Part shown: positions 7,370 through 17,034 of the stretch, one piece after another
Numbering within the stretch: position 1 is the first letter of the stretch
Layout of the letters: each line of letters opens with the position of its first letter
DNA from: Desulfobacterales bacterium
Lineage (GTDB): Bacteria > Desulfobacterota > Desulfobacteria > Desulfobacterales > SpSt-501
Direction of reading: 5' to 3'
NCBI GenBank assembly: GCA_041736435.1
Contig: JBGSTS010000106.1
Span: 13,625-77,624, forward strand
DNA length: 64,000 nucleotides
Made by a program: the position numbers and the translations under genes
The notes under the pieces: generated by a model
What the model saw: the letters and a program-made list of their open reading frames with translations, nothing else
The model's database searches: none
Told to the model about the DNA's origin: nothing

Positions 7370-8377
7370 GTTGTATTTTTCGACGAATTTCACGTAGGAC
7401 TGAATGTCCGCAAGCTTCTTTTCGATGTCCGCAAGCTTTTTAGCCTTGTCGGCGGCGGCCATCGTATCGTTGCTCTGGAGTTTCATCCTCTCCTTGGCCA
7501 TGTCGATCTCCATGATCGGCAGCAGCTGGTGGTTGGACGAATCCTGGAAGGGCGCCCAACCGGAGCTCATACCGGCCAGCACCGTGCGCTCCTTCTCCTT
7601 GTCGGTCCCAATGCGGCCGTAGGCCAAGAAGAACCCCTTGATCTTGCTCTTCCACTCCTTGGAGAGGTCCTTGCGCCACACCATGGGGTCGCTCGGGATC
7701 AGAGGGCTTTTCCAGATGGCGCGGACGTTCTTGATCTGCTCAGGGTGGGCCTTCGCAAACTTATCCCAGTTCTCGGTGTTGTTGGTGGCGAAATCCACCT
7801 GCTTGTTGGCCACCGCCATCAGGTTGGTCTCGTGGTTGGCGCTGCGCATCAGTTTGAAGTGCTTGGCCGGGTCGATCCCGCGCTGGCCCCAGATATAATA
7901 GGTGGGGATGAGGTTTCCGGAGGTGCTGTTGGGGTCCCCGTTGCCGAAGGTGAGGTTCTTGCCGTCACGGAGGATCTCGTCGATGCTCTGGTAGGGGCTG
8001 TCCTTGTGTACAACAATGAGCGACCAGTACCCCGGGTTGCCGTTGACATCCACGGTCTGGACGAAGACCTCCCCGCCGGCACGGTTGACGGCCTCGATCG
8101 CGGATTTGTTGCCGAACCAGGCGATCTGAACCTTGTTGAAGCGCATGGCCTCGATCACGCCGGCATAGTCGGGGGCGATGAAGAGCTTGACCGGGATGCC
8201 CAGATGCTTTTCCATGTCTGCCCGGAAAGGCTCGAACCCCTTCATCGCGGAGGAGGTCGATTCGGTGGGGATGATGCCGATCGTAATCTCCTTCAGCTCT
8301 TCGGCCGCGCGCGCGGCACCGGCCGCCAGCACCAGCGCAGCCACCATTCCAACCAACAGCCAACTCAGTTTTTTCAT
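7367..8377 (-). CDS. phnD: Phosphonate/phosphite/phosphate-type ABC transporter substrate-binding protein (PhnD family)
   Basis: Signal peptide MKKLSWLLVGMVAALVLAAGAARA. TIGIIPTESTS...FIAPDYAGVIEAMRFNKVQIAWFG is typical PhnD. The C-terminal coiled-coil tail carries an in-frame 21-nt tandem duplication (KKLADIE/KKLADIQ). Confidence 0.8.
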   Translation of the reverse strand: MKKLSWLLVGMVAALVLAAGAARAAEELKEITIGIIPTESTSSAMKGFEPFRADMEKHLGIPVKLFIAPDYAGVIEAMRFNKVQIAWFGNKSAIEAVNRAGGEVFVQTVDVNGNPGYWSLIVVHKDSPYQSIDEILRDGKNLTFGNGDPNSTSGNLIPTYYIWGQRGIDPAKHFKLMRSANHETNLMAVANKQVDFATNNTENWDKFAKAHPEQIKNVRAIWKSPLIPSDPMVWRKDLSKEWKSKIKGFFLAYGRIGTDKEKERTVLAGMSSGWAPFQDSSNHQLLPIMEIDMAKERMKLQSNDTMAAADKAKKLADIEKKLADIQSYVKFVEKYN

Positions 8378-8457
8378 TTTCGGGCTCCTTCTCGTTTGGG
8401 TGATGGGTCAATTCCGATTCAACCGGCAACGGTAGAACCGATAGGGAAAAAAGAGGG

Positions 8458-9312
8458 TTATGCCCCCGCAGCAATGGCGGCGGGCTGCCTGCAGACGCCA
8501 AGATCCAGCGGAGTGGTCCCGTCGAGATCGATTTCGGCGGAAGGGATATTATAGATGTTGCGCAGCGCCGTGGGGGTGAGATCGGCGCTGGGGCCGTCGT
8601 ATACCACCCGGCCCTCCTTCATGGCGATCGACCGCGGGCAATACTGCAACGCGAACTGGACCTGGTGCAGGCTGACCAGAACGGTGACCCCGTCCTGCTG
8701 GTTCAGGGCCGTGAGGCATTCCATGACGCAGCGGGCAGACTCGGGATCCAGGGAGGCGATGGGCTCGTCGGCCAGAATGATCCGGGCACGCTGCTCCATG
8801 GCGCGGGCGATCGCCGCGCGCTGCTGTTGACCGCCCGAGAGCGTGCTGGCTCTCTGGGCGGCGTATTCCGCGAGGCCGACACGGCCCAGGGCGTTCATGG
8901 CGCGCAGTTTCTCCTCGCGGCTAAACCAGGCCAGCAGGCTGCGCCAGGTGCCCACGCGGGCCAGCATGCCGGCCAGCACATTGGTGATCAGCGGCAGTCG
9001 GCCCACCAGGTTGAACTGCTGGAAAATAAATCCGACCTCGGAGCGGATGCTGCGGATGTCGGGGGATACGACACCGTTTTTTTGGACCTCACGGCCGAAA
9101 ATGCGGATGACCCCCGAGCCGCGATCTCCCGCGAGCAGCCCAGAGACATGCCGCAGCAAGGTCGACTTGCCCGAGCCGGAGGGGCCGATCAGGGCCACCA
9201 TCTCGCCCGGGGTCACGCGAATCCCGACTCGGTTTAGCGCCCGGCGTTTGCCGAAGGTTTTGTTGACGGTTTCAATCTCGATGGCGGCCGGCTGAGAGTC
9301 TGAAATCCGCAT
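8458..9312 (-). CDS. phnC: Phosphonate-type ABC transporter ATP-binding protein (PhnC family)
   Basis: Walker [13 protein letters not shown], signature [14 protein letters not shown], Walker B ILADEP. Confidence 0.85.
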   Translation of the reverse strand: MRISDSQPAAIEIETVNKTFGKRRALNRVGIRVTPGEMVALIGPSGSGKSTLLRHVSGLLAGDRGSGVIRIFGREVQKNGVVSPDIRSIRSEVGFIFQQFNLVGRLPLITNVLAGMLARVGTWRSLLAWFSREEKLRAMNALGRVGLAEYAAQRASTLSGGQQQRAAIARAMEQRARIILADEPIASLDPESARCVMECLTALNQQDGVTVLVSLHQVQFALQYCPRSIAMKEGRVVYDGPSADLTPTALRNIYNIPSAEIDLDGTTPLDLGVCRQPAAIAAGA

Positions 9313-9370
9313 GGTCTATATCCTTCCTGAAAGGGTGTCGCCGATGACAGGGTGAGTGTGACCACCCCAA

Positions 9371-9387
9371 ATTAGGTGCATATTAGG
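9371..9387. promoter_or_regulatory. Two ATTAGG hexamers phased 11 bp apart (possible OmpR/PhoB-type direct-repeat site)
   Basis: ATTAGGTGCAT-ATTAGG lies in the divergent phnC / pst intergenic region, about 60-75 nt upstream of the phnC start. Confidence 0.15.
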
Positions 9388-9587
9388 ATTCAGTGTTTTT
9401 TCGGTTGAATTTTATGCGTGAGCGGGAGAGGTTCGACGGGAGATCGTACGATTGCAGTTTTTTAACCCGCGGCTAATTCGCTGGTAACAGAGACGAACTA
9501 TCGTGTGCATCCAATGCCGGTCCGCCGGGGCGGGCCGTTCACTCCAGCCGGGCTGCTTGTGGGCCCACCTGTGGAAGGAAGGACATC

Positions 9588-9809
9588 ATGACCAGCAATC
9601 CCTGCCGTCTCTGCTCCCTGGGAAACTCGGACAAGAACAACTCCACCTGCCTCAAATGCGTCAAGCGGGTCGCCTACGTGGCCACAATCGATCGGGAGCT
9701 GAACTTCGCCGCTTGCCGATCCGAGCTGCACGCCACAGCGCCGCGCTGCCCGATAATTTCCCGTCAGGCCTATTTTCTGTCGGTGAGTCCCGAAATATAC
9801 TATGAATGA
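9588..9809 (+). CDS. Small Cys-rich (CxxC...CxxC zinc-ribbon-like) protein, unknown function
   Basis: 73 aa. GGAAGGAAGGA Shine-Dalgarno-like run just upstream of the ATG. Third positions are strongly GC-rich. Contains CRLC...CLKC. Confidence 0.45.
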   Translation: MTSNPCRLCSLGNSDKNNSTCLKCVKRVAYVATIDRELNFAACRSELHATAPRCPIISRQAYFLSVSPEIYYE

Positions 9810-9964
9810 AATAGACCACCGGTCTGCAGCTATAGGAAATGGACACTGAAAATGGGCGAATGTCCGGGCTAACTCAATCTGAGTCTTATTCTAACGCCGC
9901 GCTAACACTTGCAGCTTAGGCTTCGTTCAATTTTTTCCTCGTTTCGAAAGGAACTTAGGGGACC

Positions 9965-11353
9965 ATGTCGCCTTTGACCCTGTTTACAGTTTTGATTCTG
10001 CTCTCGGTGGCCGGGTATTACTACGGCAAGCGCAGGGCGTTCGCCCTGGACGGGGGGCCGGGCGCGTCCGTCAGGCTCCACTCCCGGCCCACCTACCATG
10101 GGGCGCTGGCAGCCCTGTGGTGCGCAATTCCGGCGGTGTGCGTGTTTGCGGCTTGGCTGCTGTGTGAAACCCAGATCATCACGCATCTGGTCATATCCGG
10201 GCTGCCCGATGCCGTGCGCGGGCTGCCGGCGGACCGGATGAACCTGGTCGTCAATGACATCCGCAATATCGTGGCGGGCAACGTGGTCGCGGCCACGGTT
10301 GACCCGGCCATGCAGGCCGCCGCGGACCACTACCGCAGCCTCAAGGCCACCAGCCATGCCGGCCTGGCGGTCACAACACTGTGCGTGGGGATCGCCGCCC
10401 TGCTGATGGTTCGCAGCCGCATCGTGCCCACCCTGCGGGCCCGCAACCAGGTCGAGTCCATCATCACCGTTCTGTTGGTCGCCTGCTCCACCATTGCCAT
10501 CTTCACCACGCTCGGTATCGTGCTTTCGGTGCTCTACGAGTCGATCCTGTTTTTCCGTGTCGTCCCGGTGACCGAGTTCCTTTTCGGCCTTGACTGGAGC
10601 CCCCAGATGGCCATCCGGGCCGACCAGGTGGGTTCATCCGGGGCCTTCGGTGCCGTGCCTGTTTTTGTGGGAACGGCGCTGATCTCCGCCATTGCCATGG
10701 CCGTCGCGGTGCCCATCGGGCTGATGTCCGCCATCTATCTGTCGGAATATGCCGGCAAGCGCTTGCGGGCGGTCGTCAAACCCCTGATCGAAGTGTTGGC
10801 CGGGATTCCCACCGTGGTGTACGGGTTTTTTGCCGCCTTGACCGTGGCGCCCCACATCCGCGGGATCGGGCAGTGGGTGGGGCTGAATGTCGCATCGGAG
10901 AGCGCCCTGGCAGCCGGCCTGGTCATGGGGGTCATGATCATTCCCTTCGTTTCGTCTCTGTCCGACGATTTCATCAACGCTGTGCCCCAATCCCTGCGGG
11001 ACGGGGCCTACAGCCTGGGGGCCACCCGGTCCGAAACCATTCGCCAGGTGATCCTACCGGCGGCCATTCCGGGGATCATCGGCGGTGTTCTGCTGGCCGT
11101 GTCGCGGGCGATCGGCGAGACCATGATCGTGGTCATGGCGGCCGGGCTCTCGGCCAACCTGACGGTGAATCCGCTTCAGGCTGTCACCACGGTGACCGTG
11201 CAGATCGTCACCTTGCTCGTGGGCGACCAGGAGTTCGACAGTCCCAAAACATTAGCCGCTTTCGCCCTGGGGCTCGTGCTGTTCGTGATCACCCTGTGCC
11301 TCAACGTCATCGCCCTTTACGTGGTGCGCAGATATCGCGAGCAATACGAATAG
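9965..11353 (+). CDS. pstC: Phosphate ABC transporter permease PstC (long form)
   Basis: 462 aa, multi-TM. EAA-loop region (SLRDGAYSLGATRSETIRQVILPAA). Confidence 0.9.
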   Translation: MSPLTLFTVLILLSVAGYYYGKRRAFALDGGPGASVRLHSRPTYHGALAALWCAIPAVCVFAAWLLCETQIITHLVISGLPDAVRGLPADRMNLVVNDIRNIVAGNVVAATVDPAMQAAADHYRSLKATSHAGLAVTTLCVGIAALLMVRSRIVPTLRARNQVESIITVLLVACSTIAIFTTLGIVLSVLYESILFFRVVPVTEFLFGLDWSPQMAIRADQVGSSGAFGAVPVFVGTALISAIAMAVAVPIGLMSAIYLSEYAGKRLRAVVKPLIEVLAGIPTVVYGFFAALTVAPHIRGIGQWVGLNVASESALAAGLVMGVMIIPFVSSLSDDFINAVPQSLRDGAYSLGATRSETIRQVILPAAIPGIIGGVLLAVSRAIGETMIVVMAAGLSANLTVNPLQAVTTVTVQIVTLLVGDQEFDSPKTLAAFALGLVLFVITLCLNVIALYVVRRYREQYE

Positions 11354-11389
11354 CCCCAGCATTCGTTAAAAATTTTCCACCGCTCACAT

Positions 11390-12676
11390 GTGACAACCAT
11401 GAACGACAACGAGACTCGGCTTCGAACCATCGACATCGTCAAGCAGGGGCTGGCCAAGCGCTACCGCGCCGAGCGGCGCTTTCGCCTTTACGGGCTTTCC
11501 GCCATCGTGCTCAGCATCACGGCCCTGGCCCTGCTCTTCGTCAGCATCATCGGCAACGGCTACACGGCCTTCTGGCAGACCCGGATCCGCCTTGACATCA
11601 CCTTCGATGCGGAGGTGCTGCAGCGGGACACCCTGGCAGGCGCCGACTACGCCGCACTGGTTCGGACGGCGCTTCAAAAGATGTTTCCCGAGGTTAAAAG
11701 CCGGCAGGAGCGCCGCCTTCTCAACGGGTTGATCAGTTCGGGCGCGGCCTATGAACTGCGTGATTTGGCTCTTAAAGACCCCGATATCGTGGGGAAAACC
11801 GTGTCGTTGTGGCTGTTTGCCGACGACGACATCGATATGATCGTCAAGGGCCAGTTCAGCCGGGATGTGGCCGAGGAGAACCGGCGGGTCTCCGACCAGC
11901 AGCTCGCCTGGCTCGACCGGTTGAGCGCCGAGGGTCGGGTCGAGGAGCAGTTCAACCTCACCTTCTTCCGGTCGGGGGATTCGCGCGAGCCGGAGCAGGC
12001 GGGGATCTGGGGTGCGGTCATGGGGTCCTTTTTCACCCTGGTCATCACCCTGGTTCTCTCGTTTCCCATCGGCGTGGCGGCCGCCGTCTATCTCGAGGAG
12101 TTTGCCCGCAAGAACCGCTGGACCGACCTGATCGAGGTCAACATCAACAACCTGGCGGCGGTGCCCTCGATCGTCTTCGGCCTCCTGGGGCTTGCCGTCT
12201 TCCTCAATTTCTTCGGCCTGCCGCGATCGGCGCCGCTGGTGGGCGGGCTGGTGCTCACCCTGATGACACTTCCCACCATCATCATCGCCAGCCGCTCGGC
12301 GCTCACATCGGTGCCGCCCTCGATCCGCGAGGCCGCCCTCGGGGTGGGGGCTTCGAAGATGCAGATGGTGGTGCACCATGTGCTGCCCCTAGCGGTGCCG
12401 GGCATGCTGACCGGCACCATCATCGGCATGGCCCGGGCCCTGGGGGAAAGCGCCCCGCTGCTCATGATCGGCATGGTGGCCTTCATCGTGGACATCCCCA
12501 AAGGGGTCTTCGACCCGGCCACCGTGCTTCCGGTCCAGATCTTCCTCTGGGCGGACAGCCCGGAGCGGGCCTTCGTGGAGCGCACCTCGGCCGCCATCAT
12601 CGTGCTGCTGGGCTTTTTGCTGGTGATGAATGCGACGGCCGTCATCCTGCGCAAAAAATTCGAGCGGCGCTGGTAA
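11390..12676 (+). CDS. pstA: Phosphate ABC transporter permease PstA (long form)
   Basis: 428 aa. IREAALGVGASKMQMVVHHVLPLAVPGMLTG is the EAA loop. Start is GTG 11390 or ATG 11399. Confidence 0.9.
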   Translation: MTTMNDNETRLRTIDIVKQGLAKRYRAERRFRLYGLSAIVLSITALALLFVSIIGNGYTAFWQTRIRLDITFDAEVLQRDTLAGADYAALVRTALQKMFPEVKSRQERRLLNGLISSGAAYELRDLALKDPDIVGKTVSLWLFADDDIDMIVKGQFSRDVAEENRRVSDQQLAWLDRLSAEGRVEEQFNLTFFRSGDSREPEQAGIWGAVMGSFFTLVITLVLSFPIGVAAAVYLEEFARKNRWTDLIEVNINNLAAVPSIVFGLLGLAVFLNFFGLPRSAPLVGGLVLTLMTLPTIIIASRSALTSVPPSIREAALGVGASKMQMVVHHVLPLAVPGMLTGTIIGMARALGESAPLLMIGMVAFIVDIPKGVFDPATVLPVQIFLWADSPERAFVERTSAAIIVLLGFLLVMNATAVILRKKFERRW

Positions 12677-12811
12677 TCCATTCCTGAACCGAATTCAAAC
12701 GAGACGCTCATACGCGGCTAATAATACCCCCCTATTTTCCGGATCATCGATCGGAGATATCCGTTTCGAGTTATGTCAATTAAAAACAGCGCAACACCAC
12801 AAGGAGGAAGC

Positions 12812-13861
12812 ATGAAGAAAGCAGTCATCGTCACCCTGGCCGCAGTTTTTGTGGCGGCAACCCTCGGAACCGGCTTCGCCCAGCAGAGGGACTACATCAG
12901 CATCGTCGGGTCGTCGACCGTCTACCCCTTCTCCACTGTCGTGGCGGAAAAGTTCGGCAAGATGGGATCGTTCAAGACCCCCAAAATCGAATCCACCGGC
13001 ACCGGTGGCGGGTTCAAGCTCTTCTGCGGCGGTGTGGGCGTCCAGCACGCCGACGTCTCCAACGCTTCGCGGGCCATTAAAGCCTCGGAGTTCGAGACCT
13101 GCCAAAAGAACGGAGTAACCGACATCGTCGAGGTCAAGATCGGCTACGACGGGATCGCCGTGGCCAATTCCAAGAAAGCCCCGGTCCTGAAGCTCTCCCG
13201 CAAGGACCTCTTCATGGCCCTGGCCAAGGAGGTCCCCGACGCCCAGGGCGGCAAACTGATCCCCAACCCCTACAAAACCTGGAAAGAGGTGAACGCCGCG
13301 CTGCCGGCCGTTAAGATAGAAGTCCTCGGTCCTCCGCCGACCTCCGGCACCCGCGACGCCTTCCTCGAGCTGGCCATGGAAGCGGGGGCCAAGAAGTTCG
13401 AGATGTTGAGCAAGCTCGCCAATGAGGACGGCAAGAAATTTCAGGCGGTGGCCCATACCATCCGCGAGGATGGCGCCTACATCGACGCCGGCGAAAACGA
13501 CAACCTGATCGTGCAGAAGCTCGATGCCAACCCCAATGCGCTCGGGATTTTCGGCTTCAGCTTCCTCGACCAGAACCTGGATAAGCTCCATGGGTCGCTG
13601 ATTGACGGGGCCCAGGCGGAATTCGACAGCATCGCCAGCGGCAAGTACCCCCTGTCCCGGCCGCTTTTCTTCTATGTGAAGAAGGCCCACGTCGGTGTCA
13701 TCCCGGGCATCAAGGAGTTCCTGGCCGAGTTCACCAGCGAAAAAGCCTGGGGCAAGGACGGCTACCTGAGCGAAAAGGGGCTCATTCCCATGCCCGAAGC
13801 CGAACGCAAGCAGGTCGCCGAGAGCGTCAAGGCGCTGAAGCCCGTCACCAGCGCGAAGTAA
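12812..13861 (+). CDS. pstS: Phosphate ABC transporter substrate-binding protein (PstS family)
   Basis: AAGGAGGA just upstream of ATG 12812. Signal peptide MKKAVIVTLAAVFVAATLGTGFA. Contains IVGSSTVYPF and GTGGGFKLFC motifs. Confidence 0.9.
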   Translation: MKKAVIVTLAAVFVAATLGTGFAQQRDYISIVGSSTVYPFSTVVAEKFGKMGSFKTPKIESTGTGGGFKLFCGGVGVQHADVSNASRAIKASEFETCQKNGVTDIVEVKIGYDGIAVANSKKAPVLKLSRKDLFMALAKEVPDAQGGKLIPNPYKTWKEVNAALPAVKIEVLGPPPTSGTRDAFLELAMEAGAKKFEMLSKLANEDGKKFQAVAHTIREDGAYIDAGENDNLIVQKLDANPNALGIFGFSFLDQNLDKLHGSLIDGAQAEFDSIASGKYPLSRPLFFYVKKAHVGVIPGIKEFLAEFTSEKAWGKDGYLSEKGLIPMPEAERKQVAESVKALKPVTSAK

Positions 13862-13882
13862 AGTTGAACGGTTTAAAAAGAT

Positions 13883-13933
13883 CGGACGGGCTGGTCACTG
13901 AGACTGGCCTGTCCGGTTTATCATTTGGTCTTT
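13883..13933 (+). terminator. Hairpin plus U-rich tract between pstS and pstB (possible intra-operon attenuator/terminator)
   Basis: 14-bp stem CGGACGGGCTGGTC / GACTGGCCTGTCCG (three G-U pairs), 5-nt loop, followed by GTTTATCATTTGGTCTTT. Confidence 0.45.
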
Positions 13934-13974
13934 ACTTGAATGGTTGCTTTCATTAAATTCAGGGGTGTTCAGGG

Positions 13975-14877
13975 ATGTTGTCTCTCACACGATTGGGCGA
14001 AGCCGCCCTGGTAGGCACGATGGCTGAAACTGTTGATCAGACGACAAAAGCCGGGAGCACGGGCGCATCCGGCCGGGTCAAACGCGAAAGTCGCGAGACC
14101 GTGGGCCGGCAGTTCGTGGAAAACCCGCGGATGTCCTGCCGCCATGTCGACGTCTTCTACGGCGACAAGCAGGCGCTGCAAAACGTCGCCATCGACATCG
14201 GGCGCAACGAGGTGCTGGCCATGATCGGCCCCTCCGGCTGCGGCAAGTCCACCTTCATCCGCTGCCTGAACCGGATGAACGACACCATCGAGGGCTGCCG
14301 GGTGACCGGCGAGATCCTGCTGGACGGGCTCAATATCCACGACAAGAACGTGGATGTGGTGCCGCTGCGGGCCCAGGTGGGTATGGTGTTCCAGAAGCCG
14401 AACCCCTTCCCTAAGTCGATCTACGAAAACATCGCCTACGGGCCGCGTATCCACGGGCTGGCACGGAACAAGGCCGAACTCGACGACATCGTCGAAAACT
14501 CCCTCAAGAAGGCCGGGCTGTGGGAAGAGGTCAAGGAGCGTCTCTCTGAACCAGGGACCGGGCTCTCCGGCGGCCAGCAGCAGAGGCTGTGCATCGCCCG
14601 CACCATTGCGGTGAACCCGGAGATCATCCTCATGGACGAGCCCTGCTCGGCCCTGGACCCGATCGCCACCTCCGTGATCGAGGACCTGATCGGCGAGCTG
14701 CGCGCCCAGTACTCCATCTGCATCGTCACCCACTCCATGCAGCAGGCCGCGCGGGTCTCCCAGCGCACGGCCTACTTCCACCTGGGCGACCTGATCGAGG
14801 TCGGCTCCACCGAGCGCATCTTCACCAACCCGCGGCATGAGCTGACGCAGGACTATATCACCGGCCGCTTCGGCTGA
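13975..14877 (+). CDS. pstB: Phosphate import ATP-binding protein PstB
   Basis: [16 protein letters not shown]...[26 protein letters not shown]. The true start may be an internal Met (14020 or 14131). Confidence 0.9.
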   Translation: MLSLTRLGEAALVGTMAETVDQTTKAGSTGASGRVKRESRETVGRQFVENPRMSCRHVDVFYGDKQALQNVAIDIGRNEVLAMIGPSGCGKSTFIRCLNRMNDTIEGCRVTGEILLDGLNIHDKNVDVVPLRAQVGMVFQKPNPFPKSIYENIAYGPRIHGLARNKAELDDIVENSLKKAGLWEEVKERLSEPGTGLSGGQQQRLCIARTIAVNPEIILMDEPCSALDPIATSVIEDLIGELRAQYSICIVTHSMQQAARVSQRTAYFHLGDLIEVGSTERIFTNPRHELTQDYITGRFG

Positions 14878-14889
14878 CGCGGCACGGAT

Positions 14890-15030
14890 TGAATCGCAAG
14901 GCCAATGTCGGCGTTGCGCTTTCCCGCCAAGGCGGGACGGTCACTGCGGTCCCGCCTTGGCGGGATACGCCTCGTTCCGCGGGATTCGTGCGCCGTGCCT
15001 GCCCCGCTTCAGCGGGGATATTGGGCTTGG
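14890..15030. repeat. Family-B palindromic intergenic repeat, copy B1
   Basis: GCGTTGCGCTTTCCCGCCAAGGCGGGA...GGTCCCGCCTTGGCGGGATACGCCTCG...GCCCCGCTTCAGCGGGG. Shares the GTTGCGCTT and GGTCCCGCCwwGGCGGGATACGCCTCG blocks with 32270-32385. Confidence 0.7.
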
Positions 15031-15097
15031 GGTGCAGCCGGCGCTCCACGGTCGGTACGTCTGCTTGTGAGGAATTCCGCCGGAAGGGGGTCGCTCA

Positions 15098-15245
15098 TTC
15101 GTGGCCGGTCAGAAATGGTGGATTACGGCCCCGGCCAAGGCCGTAGCGATGTCGCCACCGCAGGCGGTGTGAGGCACCGTCGAGGATGGCGACGAGCGAA
15201 AACGCAGGCCCGGGCCGCAAGGCGCCGTTTCTGGATGCGCACGAA
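15098..15245 (+). repeat. Family-A structured repeat, copy A3
   Basis: TTCGTGGCCGGTC AGAAATGGTGGATTACGGCCCCGGCCAAGGCCGTAGCGATGTCGCCACC...GATGGCGAC...GGATGCGCACGAA. Ends 1 nt before the phoR stop codon. Confidence 0.85.
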
Positions 15246-15246
15246 A

Positions 15247-17034
15247 TCAGGCGGGGTTGGGGCCCCGGGGCAGGTGGATGGTGAAGGTGCTGCCCTCGTT
15301 CAGGGCGCTGGCGACGTCCACGTGCCCGCCGTGGGCCTGGGAGATGTGCTTGACGATGGCAAGACCCAGCCCGGTGCCTCCCATGGCGCGGCTACGGGCC
15401 TTGTCCACGCGGTAGAACCGCTCGAAAAGCCGCGGCAGGTGTTTGCGCTCGATTCCGATCCCGTGGTCCTGAACGCTGATTTGAATTTCGTCTGTGGTCT
15501 GCCGCGCAGCGAGCCGGATTGAGGTTTCGGTGTCGCTGTACTTGATGGCGTTGTCCAGTAGGTTCACCACGGCCTGTTCGATCAGAACCGGGTCCACGAC
15601 CGCCGCCAGGTTTTCATCACCGGCCAGCTCGATGCGGATGCGCTTTTCATCGGCCCCCGGGCGGCAGACCTGAAGCGCGTTCTGGAAGATCTCCCGCAGC
15701 CGGGTTTTTTCCTGCTTCAGTTCGCGGCGCTCCCCCTGGTCCTCGATCCGCGAGAGCATCAACAGATCCTCCACCACGGTCGTCAGCCGGTCGACATGCT
15801 TGGCCACGATCCCTAAGAACCGTTTGGCCTCCGCCGGGTTTTCGACGACCCCTTGGTTTAAAGTCTCCACAAAGCCCTTGATGGCGGTCAGGGGGGTCTT
15901 GATCTCATGGGAGACGTTGGCCACAAAATCGCGGCGCATGTTTTCCAGCCGGCGCAGCTGAGTGACGTCGTTGAACACGATCAGGGTGCCGATCAGCTCC
16001 TGGCCGGCATCCAGAAGCGGGGCGCTGCGGATGTTGAGGACGCGCTCGCCGCTCTGGTAGACGACGATGTCGTCCTCCATGGGCGCCCGGCTGCGCAGCG
16101 CCTGGATGATGAACTGCTGCATGGCCATGTTACGGATGGCCTCGGGGATGCTGCGTCCCCGGATCTTTTCGGGCTCCGTTTCGAACCATTTGGCCGCCGC
16201 CGGGTTCAGGCTGATCAGCCGCTCCTCGCGGTCCACCGCGATGACCCCCTCCAGCATGCTCGAGAGCACGGCCTCGAGCTGGTTGCGCTGGCTGATGACA
16301 GTCTGCATGCGCCCCTCGAGCTGCGCTGCCATGCGGTTGAGAGACTCGGCCAGCCCGGCCAACTCGCCGGAATCGGGGATGGGCAGCCGGTGGGCGAGCT
16401 CGCCCTGGGCGAAGCGGGCGGCGCCGCGCTGCAGCTCACCGAGCTTGCGGGCGTATTGACGCGAAATCAGAAGTGTCATCCCGAGAGCCAGCAGAGCGAT
16501 GGCGGCGCCGATCAGAAAAACCTCAAGGCGGATCCGGGAGAGCTCCGTTTGCACCCGGGAGAGCGGGATGGCGGCGCGGATGACGGCCAGCGGTTGCATT
16601 CCCAGCGGGACCGAGACCGCCTGATAGATGATTTTCTGCCGAAGCGTTTCACTGAATCGGGTGGTATGCGCCGACCCAAGGCGGAGGGCCGCGGCCACTT
16701 CCGGCCGGCCCGCATGGTTGTCCATGTTCCGGGGGGTGTCCCGCGAATCGCCCACAACCAGCCCGTCGGGGAGGATGACGGTAAAGCGGGTCTCCGAGTT
16801 TCGGCCGGCGTTTTTGCAGATCTCGTCGATGATGTCGGTATCGGGCGGGCTCAGGTGCTTTTCGATTTGGGACTCGAGCAGGCGGGCCCGCTGGGTCAGG
16901 TCGGTGGCGATCTGGTCGACCAGGAACTGCTCCAGCGAGCGCATGGAGTACCAGCCGGCCGCGAGGAGCGCTCCGAGCGTGATCAGAACGTAGGAGATGA
17001 ACAGCCGCCACACCATTGCCCGGCGTCGGTTCAT
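15247..17034 (-). CDS. phoR: Phosphate-regulon-type sensor histidine kinase (PhoR-like; TM-HAMP-PAS-HisKA-HATPase)
   Basis: FVANVSHEIKTPLTAI (H-box), DNAIKY (N-box), GGTGLGLAIVK (G-box). Overlaps phoB by 4 nt. Confidence 0.85.
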   Translation of the reverse strand: MNRRRAMVWRLFISYVLITLGALLAAGWYSMRSLEQFLVDQIATDLTQRARLLESQIEKHLSPPDTDIIDEICKNAGRNSETRFTVILPDGLVVGDSRDTPRNMDNHAGRPEVAAALRLGSAHTTRFSETLRQKIIYQAVSVPLGMQPLAVIRAAIPLSRVQTELSRIRLEVFLIGAAIALLALGMTLLISRQYARKLGELQRGAARFAQGELAHRLPIPDSGELAGLAESLNRMAAQLEGRMQTVISQRNQLEAVLSSMLEGVIAVDREERLISLNPAAAKWFETEPEKIRGRSIPEAIRNMAMQQFIIQALRSRAPMEDDIVVYQSGERVLNIRSAPLLDAGQELIGTLIVFNDVTQLRRLENMRRDFVANVSHEIKTPLTAIKGFVETLNQGVVENPAEAKRFLGIVAKHVDRLTTVVEDLLMLSRIEDQGERRELKQEKTRLREIFQNALQVCRPGADEKRIRIELAGDENLAAVVDPVLIEQAVVNLLDNAIKYSDTETSIRLAARQTTDEIQISVQDHGIGIERKHLPRLFERFYRVDKARSRAMGGTGLGLAIVKHISQAHGGHVDVASALNEGSTFTIHLPRGPNPA

